Assembly: GCA_027621365.1 (NCBI GenBank)
Contig: JAQCBH010000001.1
Location: 200,724 to 264,723 of the forward strand
Direction: 5' to 3'
Length of the DNA: 64,000 nucleotides
DNA from: Bacteroidota bacterium
Lineage (GTDB): Bacteria; Bacteroidota; Bacteroidia; NS11-12g; UBA955
Shown: positions 9,171-18,370 of the stretch, in pieces
Layout of the letters: each line of letters starts with the position of its first letter
Numbering within the stretch: the stretch's first letter is position 1
Program-made: the position numbers and the translations under genes
The notes under the pieces: generated by a model
Databases searched by the model: none
What the model was told of the DNA's origin: nothing
Seen by the model: only the letters and a program-made list of their open reading frames with translations

Positions 9171-9935
9171 TTAGATCAAGCGCTTCAAACTTCGGGCCAA
9201 ATCAGAGGCCGACTCGTCTTTGCGCTTCCAATCGCATTCGTTGTACCAACGGTCGTACACATCAGACGAACCACTGGCTCCAGCACGCACATATTCTTCG
9301 ATAAACAACAGAAAACGACTCATGTCGCCCCCAAACAAGAAATTCGCAAATTCAAAGCGGCGAGACATAGACAAAGACATCAATATGGCATTGGCATCCA
9401 GTTCCGGCGCATGATTGGCAGCTTCTGCGGCTTTGGGAGCTTCCTCAATAGAAGGCTCTGCGATTTCTGCAACGATTTCATGAACGGGGTCCCCTGTTTC
9501 TTCGATTTCTGACTCTTGCTGAAACTCGACAAGGGAAACTTCTGTGGATGGGGTTTCAACGGCCATCGGTTCGCTCGCGATTTCGATCGTCTTCTCTTCA
9601 GCCTGAAGGGGTTCTTCCACGGCTTCAACAGAAGGGGCTTCTGTTTTCAAGATTTCTTCAGCGGGAGAGGCTTCAGCAGCTGATGAGTCAGACTCTTCCA
9701 CATCGACTTCAAGACCGCTTTCCTTCTCCTCCATTTTGGCTACCCATTCATCCAACTCTGCTGCACTGGGAGCTTGAGATTCCATGATGGCCAAATCCAA
9801 TTCTAGGTATAGGCGGGCGGCCAATGATTTTGTTCTCTCCATTTGCTCGACAGTTTGTGCTGTCTGCTCGCTGTTTGCTATACTTGCCAACTCGTTTAGC
9901 AAGCTTTGAATGGGATGGATTGCTTGGTCGTTCAT
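9171..9935 (-). CDS. Hypothetical protein with acidic low-complexity linker and a conserved-looking C-terminal helical domain
   Basis: E/A/P-rich middle; C-terminal RRFEFANFLFGGD...WK; co-oriented with comEC. Confidence 0.7.
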   Translation of the reverse strand: MNDQAIHPIQSLLNELASIANSEQTAQTVEQMERTKSLAARLYLELDLAIMESQAPSAAELDEWVAKMEEKESGLEVDVEESDSSAAEASPAEEILKTEAPSVEAVEEPLQAEEKTIEIASEPMAVETPSTEVSLVEFQQESEIEETGDPVHEIVAEIAEPSIEEAPKAAEAANHAPELDANAILMSLSMSRRFEFANFLFGGDMSRFLLFIEEYVRAGASGSSDVYDRWYNECDWKRKDESASDLARSLKRLI

Positions 9936-9970
9936 TCGGAGGCTAAGTTACAACGAACTGTGCATTGAAC

Positions 9971-10522
9971 ATGAGAGACTTTACCCTGATCTACGGTTGT
10001 ATGTTCGCTGGAAAAACCACCGAACTCATTGGCCAATACAATGCCAGCACTGTTGACAATCATGAAAGATTGGCTGTAAAACCCTTGTTGGACAATCGTT
10101 ACCAAGCAGCGTCTATTAATACTCATTCCGGCTTGCAAATGCCCGGTCACCGCATTGCCAAAGCAGAAGAAATCTATACCCTGATCACCCCTTTCACCAA
10201 AGAACTCTACATCGATGAAGTTCAATTCATGGGCCCCTATGTCATTGAAATCATCGGAGAAATGATGATGAATGGTGTGCGAATCGTAGCGGCTGGCTTA
10301 GACAAGGATTACTTGAATCGCGATTTCGGACCCATGAGAGCCTTGAAAAACTTGGCCACAAACCGAATTCAGGTATATGCCAAATGCAACGTGTGCGGAG
10401 GCAAAGCCCAATACACCTACCGCCAATCTGACTCCAAAGAATTGGTATTGGTAGGACACAATGACGCCTATGAAGCCCGCTGTTTGGAGCATTGGGAAGA
10501 CGGAATGAAGGGGAGATTGTAA
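9971..10522 (+). CDS. tdk: Thymidine kinase
   Basis: GCMFAGKTTEL P-loop, IDEVQF, AGLD, CNVCG, VLVG...YEARC. Confidence 0.92.
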   Translation: MRDFTLIYGCMFAGKTTELIGQYNASTVDNHERLAVKPLLDNRYQAASINTHSGLQMPGHRIAKAEEIYTLITPFTKELYIDEVQFMGPYVIEIIGEMMMNGVRIVAAGLDKDYLNRDFGPMRALKNLATNRIQVYAKCNVCGGKAQYTYRQSDSKELVLVGHNDAYEARCLEHWEDGMKGRL

Positions 10523-10530
10523 TAACCTGA

Positions 10531-11382
10531 TCAAATGAACAGGGGAAGCAGCAATAGCAAATCCAATCCAAATCGGTACCAGCGCATCGGCAAAAACCAG
10601 GAGGGTCGAAGAAAGGCTGCGAGGTAACCGCTAATCGCGAGCCCCATTCCCCAGTGGGTAAGTCCAAGTGAAGCGCCTGCTTTCCAGGCTATGGCCAATA
10701 CCAAGGCAATAGCCACAAACAACATCATCACATTCGTTTTATCCAAGGACCATGGATTGGGCTCCGTCATGCGCTGATCCTTGTCCAATTCGAGATAAGC
10801 AAAAGCGAATACATTGAGCCAAACCAGTAGCAAACAGGCGAAATAAAAGCCCCACAATGACTGCTCGCTCTGCATGAGGGGCACAGCCATGGTTCCTGCA
10901 ATTCCCAACAACATGAGTACCGGACTAGCCCATGCGGCCCAGCGGTGCTGAGTGTGTCTCATGTAGGCATAAGCCCCCAAGACCAGTAGCACCGGCCAGC
11001 CCATCTTTAGGGTAAGCCATGAATCAGCCCATCCCATTCGAAGTCCAGCGAGGATGATCAAGATGGCACCCACCAAACCCCAAGCTGAGGCAAACCAAAA
11101 CCAACTATCGGGCACAACCGCCCCTTTCTGTTTTCGTCTGTAAGCGTCGCGCGAAAAATCCAAGGAATACACCAACAGCACGGAGCCGACTACCCCTTGC
11201 AGCCATGGAATCAAAAACCTCGATTCGGTTTGGGCACCCAATTCCATGCTAAAAAACCACATTCCGAGCACCAAAGCCGGAATCGGAATACCAAGAAGCT
11301 GCAAAAAGGCCTCTCGCTTAAACGTTTTTAAGGGCTGTAATTTTTCCAAGGCCAGGGAAAGAACGACGCAGGCTTTCTTCAA
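10531..11382 (-). CDS. Multi-pass membrane protein, weakly UbiA-prenyltransferase-like (start uncertain, probably downstream of 11382)
   Basis: Many TM segments; YSLDFSRDA and ELDKD acidic motifs; 5' end overlaps the NifU-domain gene. Confidence 0.5.
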   Translation of the reverse strand: MKKACVVLSLALEKLQPLKTFKREAFLQLLGIPIPALVLGMWFFSMELGAQTESRFLIPWLQGVVGSVLLVYSLDFSRDAYRRKQKGAVVPDSWFWFASAWGLVGAILIILAGLRMGWADSWLTLKMGWPVLLVLGAYAYMRHTQHRWAAWASPVLMLLGIAGTMAVPLMQSEQSLWGFYFACLLLVWLNVFAFAYLELDKDQRMTEPNPWSLDKTNVMMLFVAIALVLAIAWKAGASLGLTHWGMGLAISGYLAAFLRPSWFLPMRWYRFGLDLLLLLPLFI

Positions 11383-11560
11383 TGCCGGCCGTCATGGTCA
11401 TGTCGCTCATGGAACAGGTGCTGCAAGCGCCCACCAAGCGAAGGGTTACGTCCAGCTCTTCTGAAATAGACACCAATTCCACATCGCCACCGTCGGCTTG
11501 CAAATAGGGTCGAATGCTGTTTAACACTTGTTCTACTTCTTCGTGAGAGGGCTGCGCCAT
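11318..11560 (-). CDS. NifU C-terminal domain (Nfu-type Fe-S carrier)
   Basis: IRPYLQADGGDVELV, GACSTC. Confidence 0.92.
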   Translation of the reverse strand: MAQPSHEEVEQVLNSIRPYLQADGGDVELVSISEELDVTLRLVGACSTCSMSDMTMTAGIEESLRRSFPGLGKITALKNV

Positions 11561-11573
11561 AGCACAAAGATAA

Positions 11574-12641
11574 TCAATTCTCGGACTGAGAATATTGCTG
11601 AATGCTCAAGGCGCGTGCCAGTTCTTGAGCAGCTACACGATACGCCAATTGAGTGGCGTCATCGGCACGAAGCAATCCGCTATCAGCTTGACGCATCACC
11701 TCCGGATTCATGGGAATCTCTGCCAACAAAGGTACCTGATGGGCTTCTGCCAATTGCTTGCCTCCGCCTTGGCCAAACAAATAGTATCGCTTATCGGGTG
11801 CATCATCAGGAGTGAAATAAGACATGTTCTCCACGATTCCCAAAATGGGCTTGGCAATACCCGGCAACTGGAACATATCGATGGCTCTTCGCGCATCAGC
11901 CAAGGCCATTTCTTGGGGAGTGGTCACTATCACTACACCAGAAAGAGGAGCCGATTGTGCCAATGAAATTTGCACATCTCCGGTTCCTGGTGGCAAGTCG
12001 ACAATGAGGTAGTCCAAATCTCCCCAATCAACATCTTGCAAGAGTTGTTTCAGCGCACTTGAAACCATGGGGCCTCGCCATACAACGGCTTGACCAGGTG
12101 CGGTCAAAAACCCAATGCTCAGCAATTTGATGCCTTGGCGCTCCAAGGGAACCATGAGGTTTTTGCCTTCCACTTCCCGCATCTCAGGAGCTTCGTGCAC
12201 CCCGAACAAGGTCGGCACTGATGGGCCGTAAATATCGGCATCCAAGAGACCCACTTTGGCTCCCAATGAAGCCAAATTCAAAGCCAATGAAGCGGCCACG
12301 GTGCTCTTTCCTACCCCGCCTTTCCCGCTTCCAACGGCAATGATGTGTTTGACACCTTTTAAGTAGTGCTCATTCTCTTTCTGTTGCTGGACGCGGCTTG
12401 TAGCGTGGATACGAACCGGTATGTTTGGGTCAACCATGACCCGAATGGCGTTTTTACAGGCCTGAACCAGCATGTCCTTCATGGGACAAGCGGGGGTGGT
12501 CAACACCAAATCAAAAGAAATTTCTTCAGGACCAAATTCCAACTTCTCAATCATGCCCAAGGTGACCAAATCTTTCTTCAGATCGGGATCCTCGACATGA
12601 CTCAGGGCATGCAAAATTTTATCCTTACTCAGCTCGCTCAT
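11574..12641 (-). CDS. mrp: Mrp/NBP35 (ApbC) Fe-S cluster carrier ATPase
   Basis: LTTPACP, GSGKGGVGKST, DADIYGPS, WRGPM, DLPPGTGD, GIVENMS. Confidence 0.93.
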   Translation of the reverse strand: MSELSKDKILHALSHVEDPDLKKDLVTLGMIEKLEFGPEEISFDLVLTTPACPMKDMLVQACKNAIRVMVDPNIPVRIHATSRVQQQKENEHYLKGVKHIIAVGSGKGGVGKSTVAASLALNLASLGAKVGLLDADIYGPSVPTLFGVHEAPEMREVEGKNLMVPLERQGIKLLSIGFLTAPGQAVVWRGPMVSSALKQLLQDVDWGDLDYLIVDLPPGTGDVQISLAQSAPLSGVVIVTTPQEMALADARRAIDMFQLPGIAKPILGIVENMSYFTPDDAPDKRYYLFGQGGGKQLAEAHQVPLLAEIPMNPEVMRQADSGLLRADDATQLAYRVAAQELARALSIQQYSQSEN

Positions 12642-12925
12642 TTGAATAGATTAACAAGCCGAGCGAAAAAGCGTTTTTCGAATTCCCAGAAATATCGCCC
12701 TTGGCCGAATGCGAATCCGTAGACCAAAAGAACCAAATTGTAAACGGGAAGAATGGCTACGTAATAAACCAAATCGGAATACCAGTGATCGCCGAGCAAA
12801 GGCAAGGCGAATCGTTTGAGGTACACAACCGTCGAACCTGTCAAAGCAAAAACACACAAAATGAGCAAGACTTGACTGCGGGAACGAACCTTCCAACGCT
12901 CTTGTAGACGGTTTAAAAAACTCAC
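12638..12925 (-). CDS. Small conserved Bacteroidota membrane protein (DUF6787-like)
   Basis: RLQERW...VFALTGS...GQGRYFWEFEKR; GTG start 4 nt after TACCTTTG. Confidence 0.65.
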   Translation of the reverse strand: MSFLNRLQERWKVRSRSQVLLILCVFALTGSTVVYLKRFALPLLGDHWYSDLVYYVAILPVYNLVLLVYGFAFGQGRYFWEFEKRFFARLVNLFK

Positions 12926-12961
12926 CTTGCAAAGGTAGCACAAAGCCAAGACCTTTGTCCC

Positions 12962-13681
12962 ATGTTAGAAGCCCAAACCCTTCATTTGATCCCTTTGCCC
13001 ATCGGCGAAAACAGCTGGAACCAAATGGACTCGGCGCTGCTCAATCACAGCTTGCAAAACCTGAATGTATGGGTGGCTGAAAACGCGCGCACGCTGAGGC
13101 GCTTTCTCTCAGCGAGAAAACTGGGCATCGACTTGGACAAGCTGCAGATCTGCGAACTCACTCGAGACACAGATGACAAAGATTTGACAGCTTTTTTGGA
13201 CAAACACCGCGGGAACGGGCCCATTGGTTTGTGCTCAGAAGCGGGGTTGCCTTGCATTGCTGACCCAGGCAGCCGCATCGTCAACCTTTGCCACAAGCGC
13301 GGCATGCGCATTCATCCCTACATCGGTCCTAGCAGCATCTTGCTGGCTCTTTCTGCCAGCGGATTGCACGGCCAAGCCTTTACCTTTCACGGTTATGCCC
13401 CGGTCAAAACCGAAGACTTGCAAGAGCATTTCCAGGGCTTAAACAAAAACAAACACCAGGCCCACAGCCATTTGTTCATCGAAGCACCCTACCGAAGCGA
13501 TCGTTTCCTGGAGATGGCCACTAAGCACCTTGATGGGGATTGGTACCTTTCAGTTTCTAGCGACCTACAGGGAGAGAACGAGCGCATTCAAACGCGACGC
13601 TTGAGCGAATGGAAAAACCATTTGAACAGCTTGGGCAAAACACCCTGTCTGTTTGTTTTGGGACAACCGAGCCCGCGTTGA
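12962..13681 (+). CDS. SAM-dependent tetrapyrrole-methylase-family methyltransferase (RsmI-like paralog)
   Basis: LHLIPLPIG, SEAGLPCIADPG, GPSSILLAL..SG..GQ.FTFHGY, FIEAPYR. Confidence 0.85.
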   Translation: MLEAQTLHLIPLPIGENSWNQMDSALLNHSLQNLNVWVAENARTLRRFLSARKLGIDLDKLQICELTRDTDDKDLTAFLDKHRGNGPIGLCSEAGLPCIADPGSRIVNLCHKRGMRIHPYIGPSSILLALSASGLHGQAFTFHGYAPVKTEDLQEHFQGLNKNKHQAHSHLFIEAPYRSDRFLEMATKHLDGDWYLSVSSDLQGENERIQTRRLSEWKNHLNSLGKTPCLFVLGQPSPR

Positions 13682-13751
13682 CCCGGTTTTTGCGAGGCGT
13701 TTCAAAGACCAATCAGATGTTGTACTTTTGCGGCATCGTAAATCGCTTTCA

Positions 13752-14999
13752 ATGAAAGACATTTTTGAAAAAATAGAATCGCGCATGGGTCCCTTGGGGA
13801 TGTATGCCGATGACTCTCATGGCTATTACACCTTCCCCAAGTTGGAAGGTCCTATTGGTCCCCGCATGGTATTTCGCGGCAAAACCCGCTTGAACTGGTC
13901 ACTGAACAATTATTTGGGATTGGCCAATCACCCCGAGGTCATGAAGGCCGACGCCGACGCTGCCCAGCAGTTCGGTATGGCTTATCCCATGGGTGCGCGA
14001 ATGATGAGCGGTAACTCGAATTACCACGAACAACTGGAACAAGATTTGGCTTCCTTCATTGGCAAGCCCGATGTGATTTTGTTGAACTACGGATATCAGG
14101 GCGTATTGAGCGCCATTGATGCCTTGGTTGATCGTCACGACATCATCGTGTACGATGCCGAATCTCATGCTTGCATCATCGACGGTGTTCGTTTGCACAT
14201 GGGTAAGCGCTTCGTCTACACCCACAACAACATGGAAAGCCTCGAGCAACAGCTCAAGCGCGCTACGCGTTTGGCTGAGCAAACAGGCGGTGCCATTTTG
14301 GTCATCACCGAGGGTGTTTTCGGAATGAGCGGTTCTCAAGGAAAGTTGGCCGAAATCGTTGCCATGAAAGAACGCTATAATTTCCGCTTGTTCGTTGACG
14401 ACGCCCATGGATTCGGCACAATGGGTAAAACCGGTGCTGGAACGGGTGAAGAGCAGAATTGCATGGATGGCATCGATGTATACTTCTCTACGTTTGCCAA
14501 ATCCATGGCGGGTATCGGAGCTTTCATTGGCTCTACTCCTCAGGTCATCAAATTCTTGCGCTACAACATGCGCTCACAGATTTATGCCAAGGCCTTGCCT
14601 ATGCCTTTGGTTATTGGCTCTATAAAGCGCTTGGAGTTGATTCGCACTCGTCCTGAGTTGAAAGACAACTTGTGGAAGATTGTCGACGCTTTGCAAAATG
14701 GTTTGAGAGAAGCTGGTTTCAACATCGGCGTAACCACCACTCCCGTTACCCCTGTATTGTTGAACGGAACGATTCCTGAAGCCACCCACATGACCCACGA
14801 TTTGCGCGAGAACTACAACATTTTCTGTAGCATTGTCGTGTATCCGGTGGTTCCCAAGGGTGTTATCATGTTGCGTTTGATCCCCACGGCTGTTCACAGC
14901 TTGGACGACGTGGCTGAGACCATTGCGGCCTTCAAAGCCATCAAGGGCAAATTGGACAATGGCGAGTACCGCCAAGAGAAACTCGCGCAGTTTCAATAA
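13752..14999 (+). CDS. PLP-dependent alpha-oxoamine synthase, probable cysteate acyl-ACP transferase (sulfonolipid/capnine synthesis, SulA/CapB-like)
   Basis: NNYLGLANHP, HACIIDG, DDAHGFG, STFAKS (PLP Lys); YTFPKLEG, MGARMMSG and RSQIYAK match my recollection of the SulA subfamily. Confidence 0.75.
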   Translation: MKDIFEKIESRMGPLGMYADDSHGYYTFPKLEGPIGPRMVFRGKTRLNWSLNNYLGLANHPEVMKADADAAQQFGMAYPMGARMMSGNSNYHEQLEQDLASFIGKPDVILLNYGYQGVLSAIDALVDRHDIIVYDAESHACIIDGVRLHMGKRFVYTHNNMESLEQQLKRATRLAEQTGGAILVITEGVFGMSGSQGKLAEIVAMKERYNFRLFVDDAHGFGTMGKTGAGTGEEQNCMDGIDVYFSTFAKSMAGIGAFIGSTPQVIKFLRYNMRSQIYAKALPMPLVIGSIKRLELIRTRPELKDNLWKIVDALQNGLREAGFNIGVTTTPVTPVLLNGTIPEATHMTHDLRENYNIFCSIVVYPVVPKGVIMLRLIPTAVHSLDDVAETIAAFKAIKGKLDNGEYRQEKLAQFQ

Positions 15000-15070
15000 T
15001 TGCCAATCACCTTCCCCATTTGGGGAAATTTGCCGAGCATAGGCCTCATGAAGCCAGGCATTTTTGCTTC

Positions 15071-15727
15071 ATGAACTTAAAGACCTCTACGAAAAAGCCA
15101 GTCTCCGGACTGGCTTTTTTCTTAAGTGCCCTTTGCATCGCTTGGATCGCCTGGCCAGAACGCATTGGGGGCATCCCTGACTTGCAATCTGACTCCACTT
15201 CGGCCATCAAAGTTCATCCAACACCGTTCAGAGCATTCGCTCATGAAGATTATCAAGCCAAGCGCCGACTTAGCAAGACCAAACAGGACTATTCAAAACT
15301 CCCCTACTCGGAGCCACGCTTTAGCCAGCCTCCTGCCCTGGTCATCGACATCAACGAAGCCGACTCGATTGATTGGGTGCAGATTCCCGGCATTGGCCCA
15401 AAAACGGCAAGGCGAATTGTGGCTTCCCGAATTAAGTTGCATGGATTTTACTCGGTCAATCAATTGTTAGACGTATACTATTTCGATAGCAATTTGCTGC
15501 AGTCCAACCGCGTTAAATTCCGAGTAAAGCCCCGGTCGTGGAAGGGATTGAACTGGGACAGCATTCACTCCAAACAAGACCTGTTTCACCCCTATTTATC
15601 GGCCTCGCAGCGCAATAGTCTCTGGGCCTACAAATGCCAACACCCTGATTTCGACCCCAGACATAGCCCCAAACCTATGTGCATCGATAGCATCACTTGG
15701 ACCCGACTCAAACCCTATTGGATGTAA
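15071..15727 (+). CDS. Helix-hairpin-helix (ComEA-like) DNA-binding protein with N-terminal TM
   Basis: IDINEADSIDWVQIPGIGPKTARRIV..R..LHGFYSVNQLLDV. Confidence 0.75.
   Translation: MNLKTSTKKPVSGLAFFLSALCIAWIAWPERIGGIPDLQSDSTSAIKVHPTPFRAFAHEDYQAKRRLSKTKQDYSKLPYSEPRFSQPPALVIDINEADSIDWVQIPGIGPKTARRIVASRIKLHGFYSVNQLLDVYYFDSNLLQSNRVKFRVKPRSWKGLNWDSIHSKQDLFHPYLSASQRNSLWAYKCQHPDFDPRHSPKPMCIDSITWTRLKPYWM
15092..15120. terminator. Perfect 12-bp hairpin with A/T tails (bidirectional intrinsic-terminator shape)
   Basis: AAAAAGCCAGTC-TCCG-GACTGGCTTTTT. Confidence 0.55.
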
Positions 15728-15794
15728 ACAAACAATTGCAGCATACTGACTGAAATCAGTCTTTTTGCTCTTGTGGCTTACCTATCTTTGAATC

Positions 15795-16943
15795 ATGCAA
15801 ACTCATTTTCAGGAAACGGACAGCACCCAGATGGTGCGTCAAACGGTCAAAGACTTTGCCGAACGCCAAGTGCGTCCTCACGTCATGGAATGGGATGAGT
15901 CTCAAGAGTTTCCCAGACATGTATTCACGGCTTTGGGAGAATTGGGTTTGATGGGTGTTTTGGTACCCGAAACCTATGGCGGAAGTGGCTTGGGTTACCA
16001 AGAATATGTGGCCGCTATTGATGAGTTGGCTCAAGTATGCGGTTCCATCGGTTTGAGCATGGCCGCTCACAACAGCCTCTGCACGGGGCACATCTTGCAA
16101 TTCGGATCGGAAGAACAAAAAATGCGCTGGCTGCCCAAACTCGCTTCGGGTGAGCATTTGGGAGCTTGGGGCCTAACCGAGGCCAACACGGGTTCAGATG
16201 CCCTACGCATGCAATGTGTCGCTAAAAAGGACGGGGACGAGTGGGTACTCAATGGGGCCAAGAACTGGATCACTCATGGCATCAGCGGCGACATTGCCGT
16301 GGTTTTGGCTAGAACGGGTGACCTTTTGGACTCTCACGGCATCACAGCTTTTGTAGTTGAACGAGGCACCCCTGGTTTTTCAGGTGGCAAAAAAGAAAAT
16401 AAATTGGGTATGCGCGCCAGCGAAACAGCCGAAATGATCTTTCAAGATTGCCGTATTCCCGACACTCAGCGTTTGGGCAACATTGGTGAAGGATTCATAC
16501 AAGCCATGAAAGTGCTGGATGGCGGTCGAATCAGCATTGCCGCCCTCTCACTAGGAATAGCCAAAGGAGCCTTCAAAGCCGCTACTCAGTACTCCAAAGA
16601 GCGGGAACAATTCGGAAAATCCATTTCTCAGTTCCAGGCCATTGCTTTCAAATTAGCCGATATGGCCACTCGAATCGAAGCGGCAGAACTGTTGACTTTG
16701 CAAGCGGCAGATCTTAAAAACCGCGGCTTAAAAATGACCAAAGAAAGCGCCATGGCCAAGTATTATGCCAGTGAGGCTTCGGTATTTTGTGCCAACGAAG
16801 CCGTTCAGATTTTTGGTGGCTATGGGTACACCAAAGATTTCCCCGTTGAGAAATTCTACCGCGATTGCAAACTGTGCACCATAGGCGAAGGAACTTCGGA
16901 AATCCAAAAACTGGTAATTTCCCGCTCTGTTTTGCAGGATTGA
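15795..16943 (+). CDS. Acyl-CoA dehydrogenase
   Basis: GAWGLTEANTGSDA, LNGAKNWIT, KLGMRASET, QIFGGYGY, IGEGTSEIQ. Confidence 0.95.
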   Translation: MQTHFQETDSTQMVRQTVKDFAERQVRPHVMEWDESQEFPRHVFTALGELGLMGVLVPETYGGSGLGYQEYVAAIDELAQVCGSIGLSMAAHNSLCTGHILQFGSEEQKMRWLPKLASGEHLGAWGLTEANTGSDALRMQCVAKKDGDEWVLNGAKNWITHGISGDIAVVLARTGDLLDSHGITAFVVERGTPGFSGGKKENKLGMRASETAEMIFQDCRIPDTQRLGNIGEGFIQAMKVLDGGRISIAALSLGIAKGAFKAATQYSKEREQFGKSISQFQAIAFKLADMATRIEAAELLTLQAADLKNRGLKMTKESAMAKYYASEASVFCANEAVQIFGGYGYTKDFPVEKFYRDCKLCTIGEGTSEIQKLVISRSVLQD

Positions 16944-16967
16944 TTGCATTTATAGTTCACTAATTCC

Positions 16968-16975
16968 TATATTTG
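16968..16975 (+). promoter_or_regulatory. Bacteroidota -7 promoter element for rpsU
   Basis: TATATTTG 23 nt upstream of the ATG. Confidence 0.65.
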
Positions 16976-16998
16976 CAACCCCAAAAACAAAGAAAAAC

Positions 16999-17196
16999 AT
17001 GCTCGTAATCAACGTAAAAGAAAACGATTCGTTAGAAAAAGCACTGAAGAAATTCAAGAAGAAGTTCGAAAAGACTGGTGTCGTAAAAGAATTGCGCAGC
17101 CGTCAAGCTTTCGAAAAGCCTTGCGTAACGAAGCGTTTGCAGCGCATCAAAGCCGCTTATAAGCAGCAGATGCAGACTCAGCACAACGAAGCATAA
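16999..17196 (+). CDS. rpsU: 30S ribosomal protein bS21
   Basis: LEKALKKFKKKFEKTGVVKELRSRQAFEKP. Confidence 0.96.
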   Translation: MLVINVKENDSLEKALKKFKKKFEKTGVVKELRSRQAFEKPCVTKRLQRIKAAYKQQMQTQHNEA

Positions 17197-17220
17197 GCGT
17201 TTCCTAACGCCTAAATATTT

Positions 17221-17253
17221 GTCACCGTAGCTCGGCTGCGGTGACTTTTTTTT
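17221..17253 (+). terminator. Intrinsic terminator after rpsU
   Basis: GTCACCGTAGC-TCG-GCTGCGGTGAC followed by a T run. Confidence 0.8.
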
Positions 17254-17293
17254 GCCCAAATCACAAGCCACTATTCTCCCCTATTTTTGAGAC

Positions 17294-18160
17294 ATGCTAG
17301 AGGGGCTTGAAGGTTTCATACACTATGCGCAGCACAATCAACGGTTGAGCCTCCATACATGCAAAGCCTATCAAACAGATCTAGAGCAGTTTATTCCATT
17401 CGCCAATGACTTTGGCATTAGTACTTGGAGCGAGCTCAATGCTGCGAGTGTGCGGGCTTTCATGGCTGCCTGCATGAAAGAGGGGTTATCTGCCCGAAGC
17501 GTTCACCGAAAGGTTTCCAGCATTCGAGCTTTTGTGAGGTACGCTCGCAAAACCCAACTCCTCTCTCACGACCCCTTGAACGGGATTCAATTGCCTAAGA
17601 TGGCTAAAAAATTGGTCCAAGATATTCCCGCCCAAGATTTATGGAATCTCTTCCAACATTTTCCCTGGGAAGAACAGGAGCAAGGATGGAGAGACAAGTC
17701 ATTGCTTCTGACCTTGTACACCACAGGCATTCGATTGAGCGAGTTGATATCCCTCAAAATCCGAGACCTTGATTTTTCTCGCAATACCTTATCGGTGACT
17801 GGAAAACGAAACAAGGTTCGCCTCTTACCCCTACACCCAGAACTTCGAGAACAGCTCCTTGAACTTATAAAGGGGAAAGCAGCCAGCGATCCCCTCTTCC
17901 AGCTAGAGTCAGGAAAAGGGCTCTATCCTGTTTTTGTATACCGCTTGGTCAACCGCTACATCAAATTGTTTTCAGATGCCTCGAAAACCAGCCCACATGT
18001 ATTGCGGCATAGCTTTGCCACACACATGCTCAACAACGGAGCTGAGCTACTGGCCATCAAGGACTTATTAGGGCACAGCGGCCTCAATGCCACTCAGATC
18101 TACACCAAAAACAGCTTCGAAAAACTGAAGTCCATGCACAAGCTGCACCCTAGGAAATAA
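17294..18160 (+). CDS. xerC: Tyrosine recombinase XerC-like
   Basis: LYTTGIRLSEL, TGKRNK, SPHVLRHSFATHML, LLGHS..TQIY; conserved position after rpsU. Confidence 0.85.
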   Translation: MLEGLEGFIHYAQHNQRLSLHTCKAYQTDLEQFIPFANDFGISTWSELNAASVRAFMAACMKEGLSARSVHRKVSSIRAFVRYARKTQLLSHDPLNGIQLPKMAKKLVQDIPAQDLWNLFQHFPWEEQEQGWRDKSLLLTLYTTGIRLSELISLKIRDLDFSRNTLSVTGKRNKVRLLPLHPELREQLLELIKGKAASDPLFQLESGKGLYPVFVYRLVNRYIKLFSDASKTSPHVLRHSFATHMLNNGAELLAIKDLLGHSGLNATQIYTKNSFEKLKSMHKLHPRK

Positions 18161-18370
18161 GCTCGACTCACCCTCTTTTTGACCAGGCTTACCTCTGTCG
18201 TTATTTGATATTCTTTGAACGACATAATTTGGATTTCTCCATTTAGTTTTTGAACTTTAAGATTGAAAGGCACTAAAAATGCCTAAGTCGCTCTGATGTT
18301 TATGGGCTCTTTTCGACGCTCATTGGCAGCAGAAAGGCTCTTTTTGTCTCACTTAACCCCTTTTTATTCC

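Noticed and set aside
17294-18160. Tyrosine recombinase as an integrase of a mobile element
   Set aside because: It sits in the housekeeping rpsU-xerC-hpf context, with no cargo, att-like repeats or phage genes.
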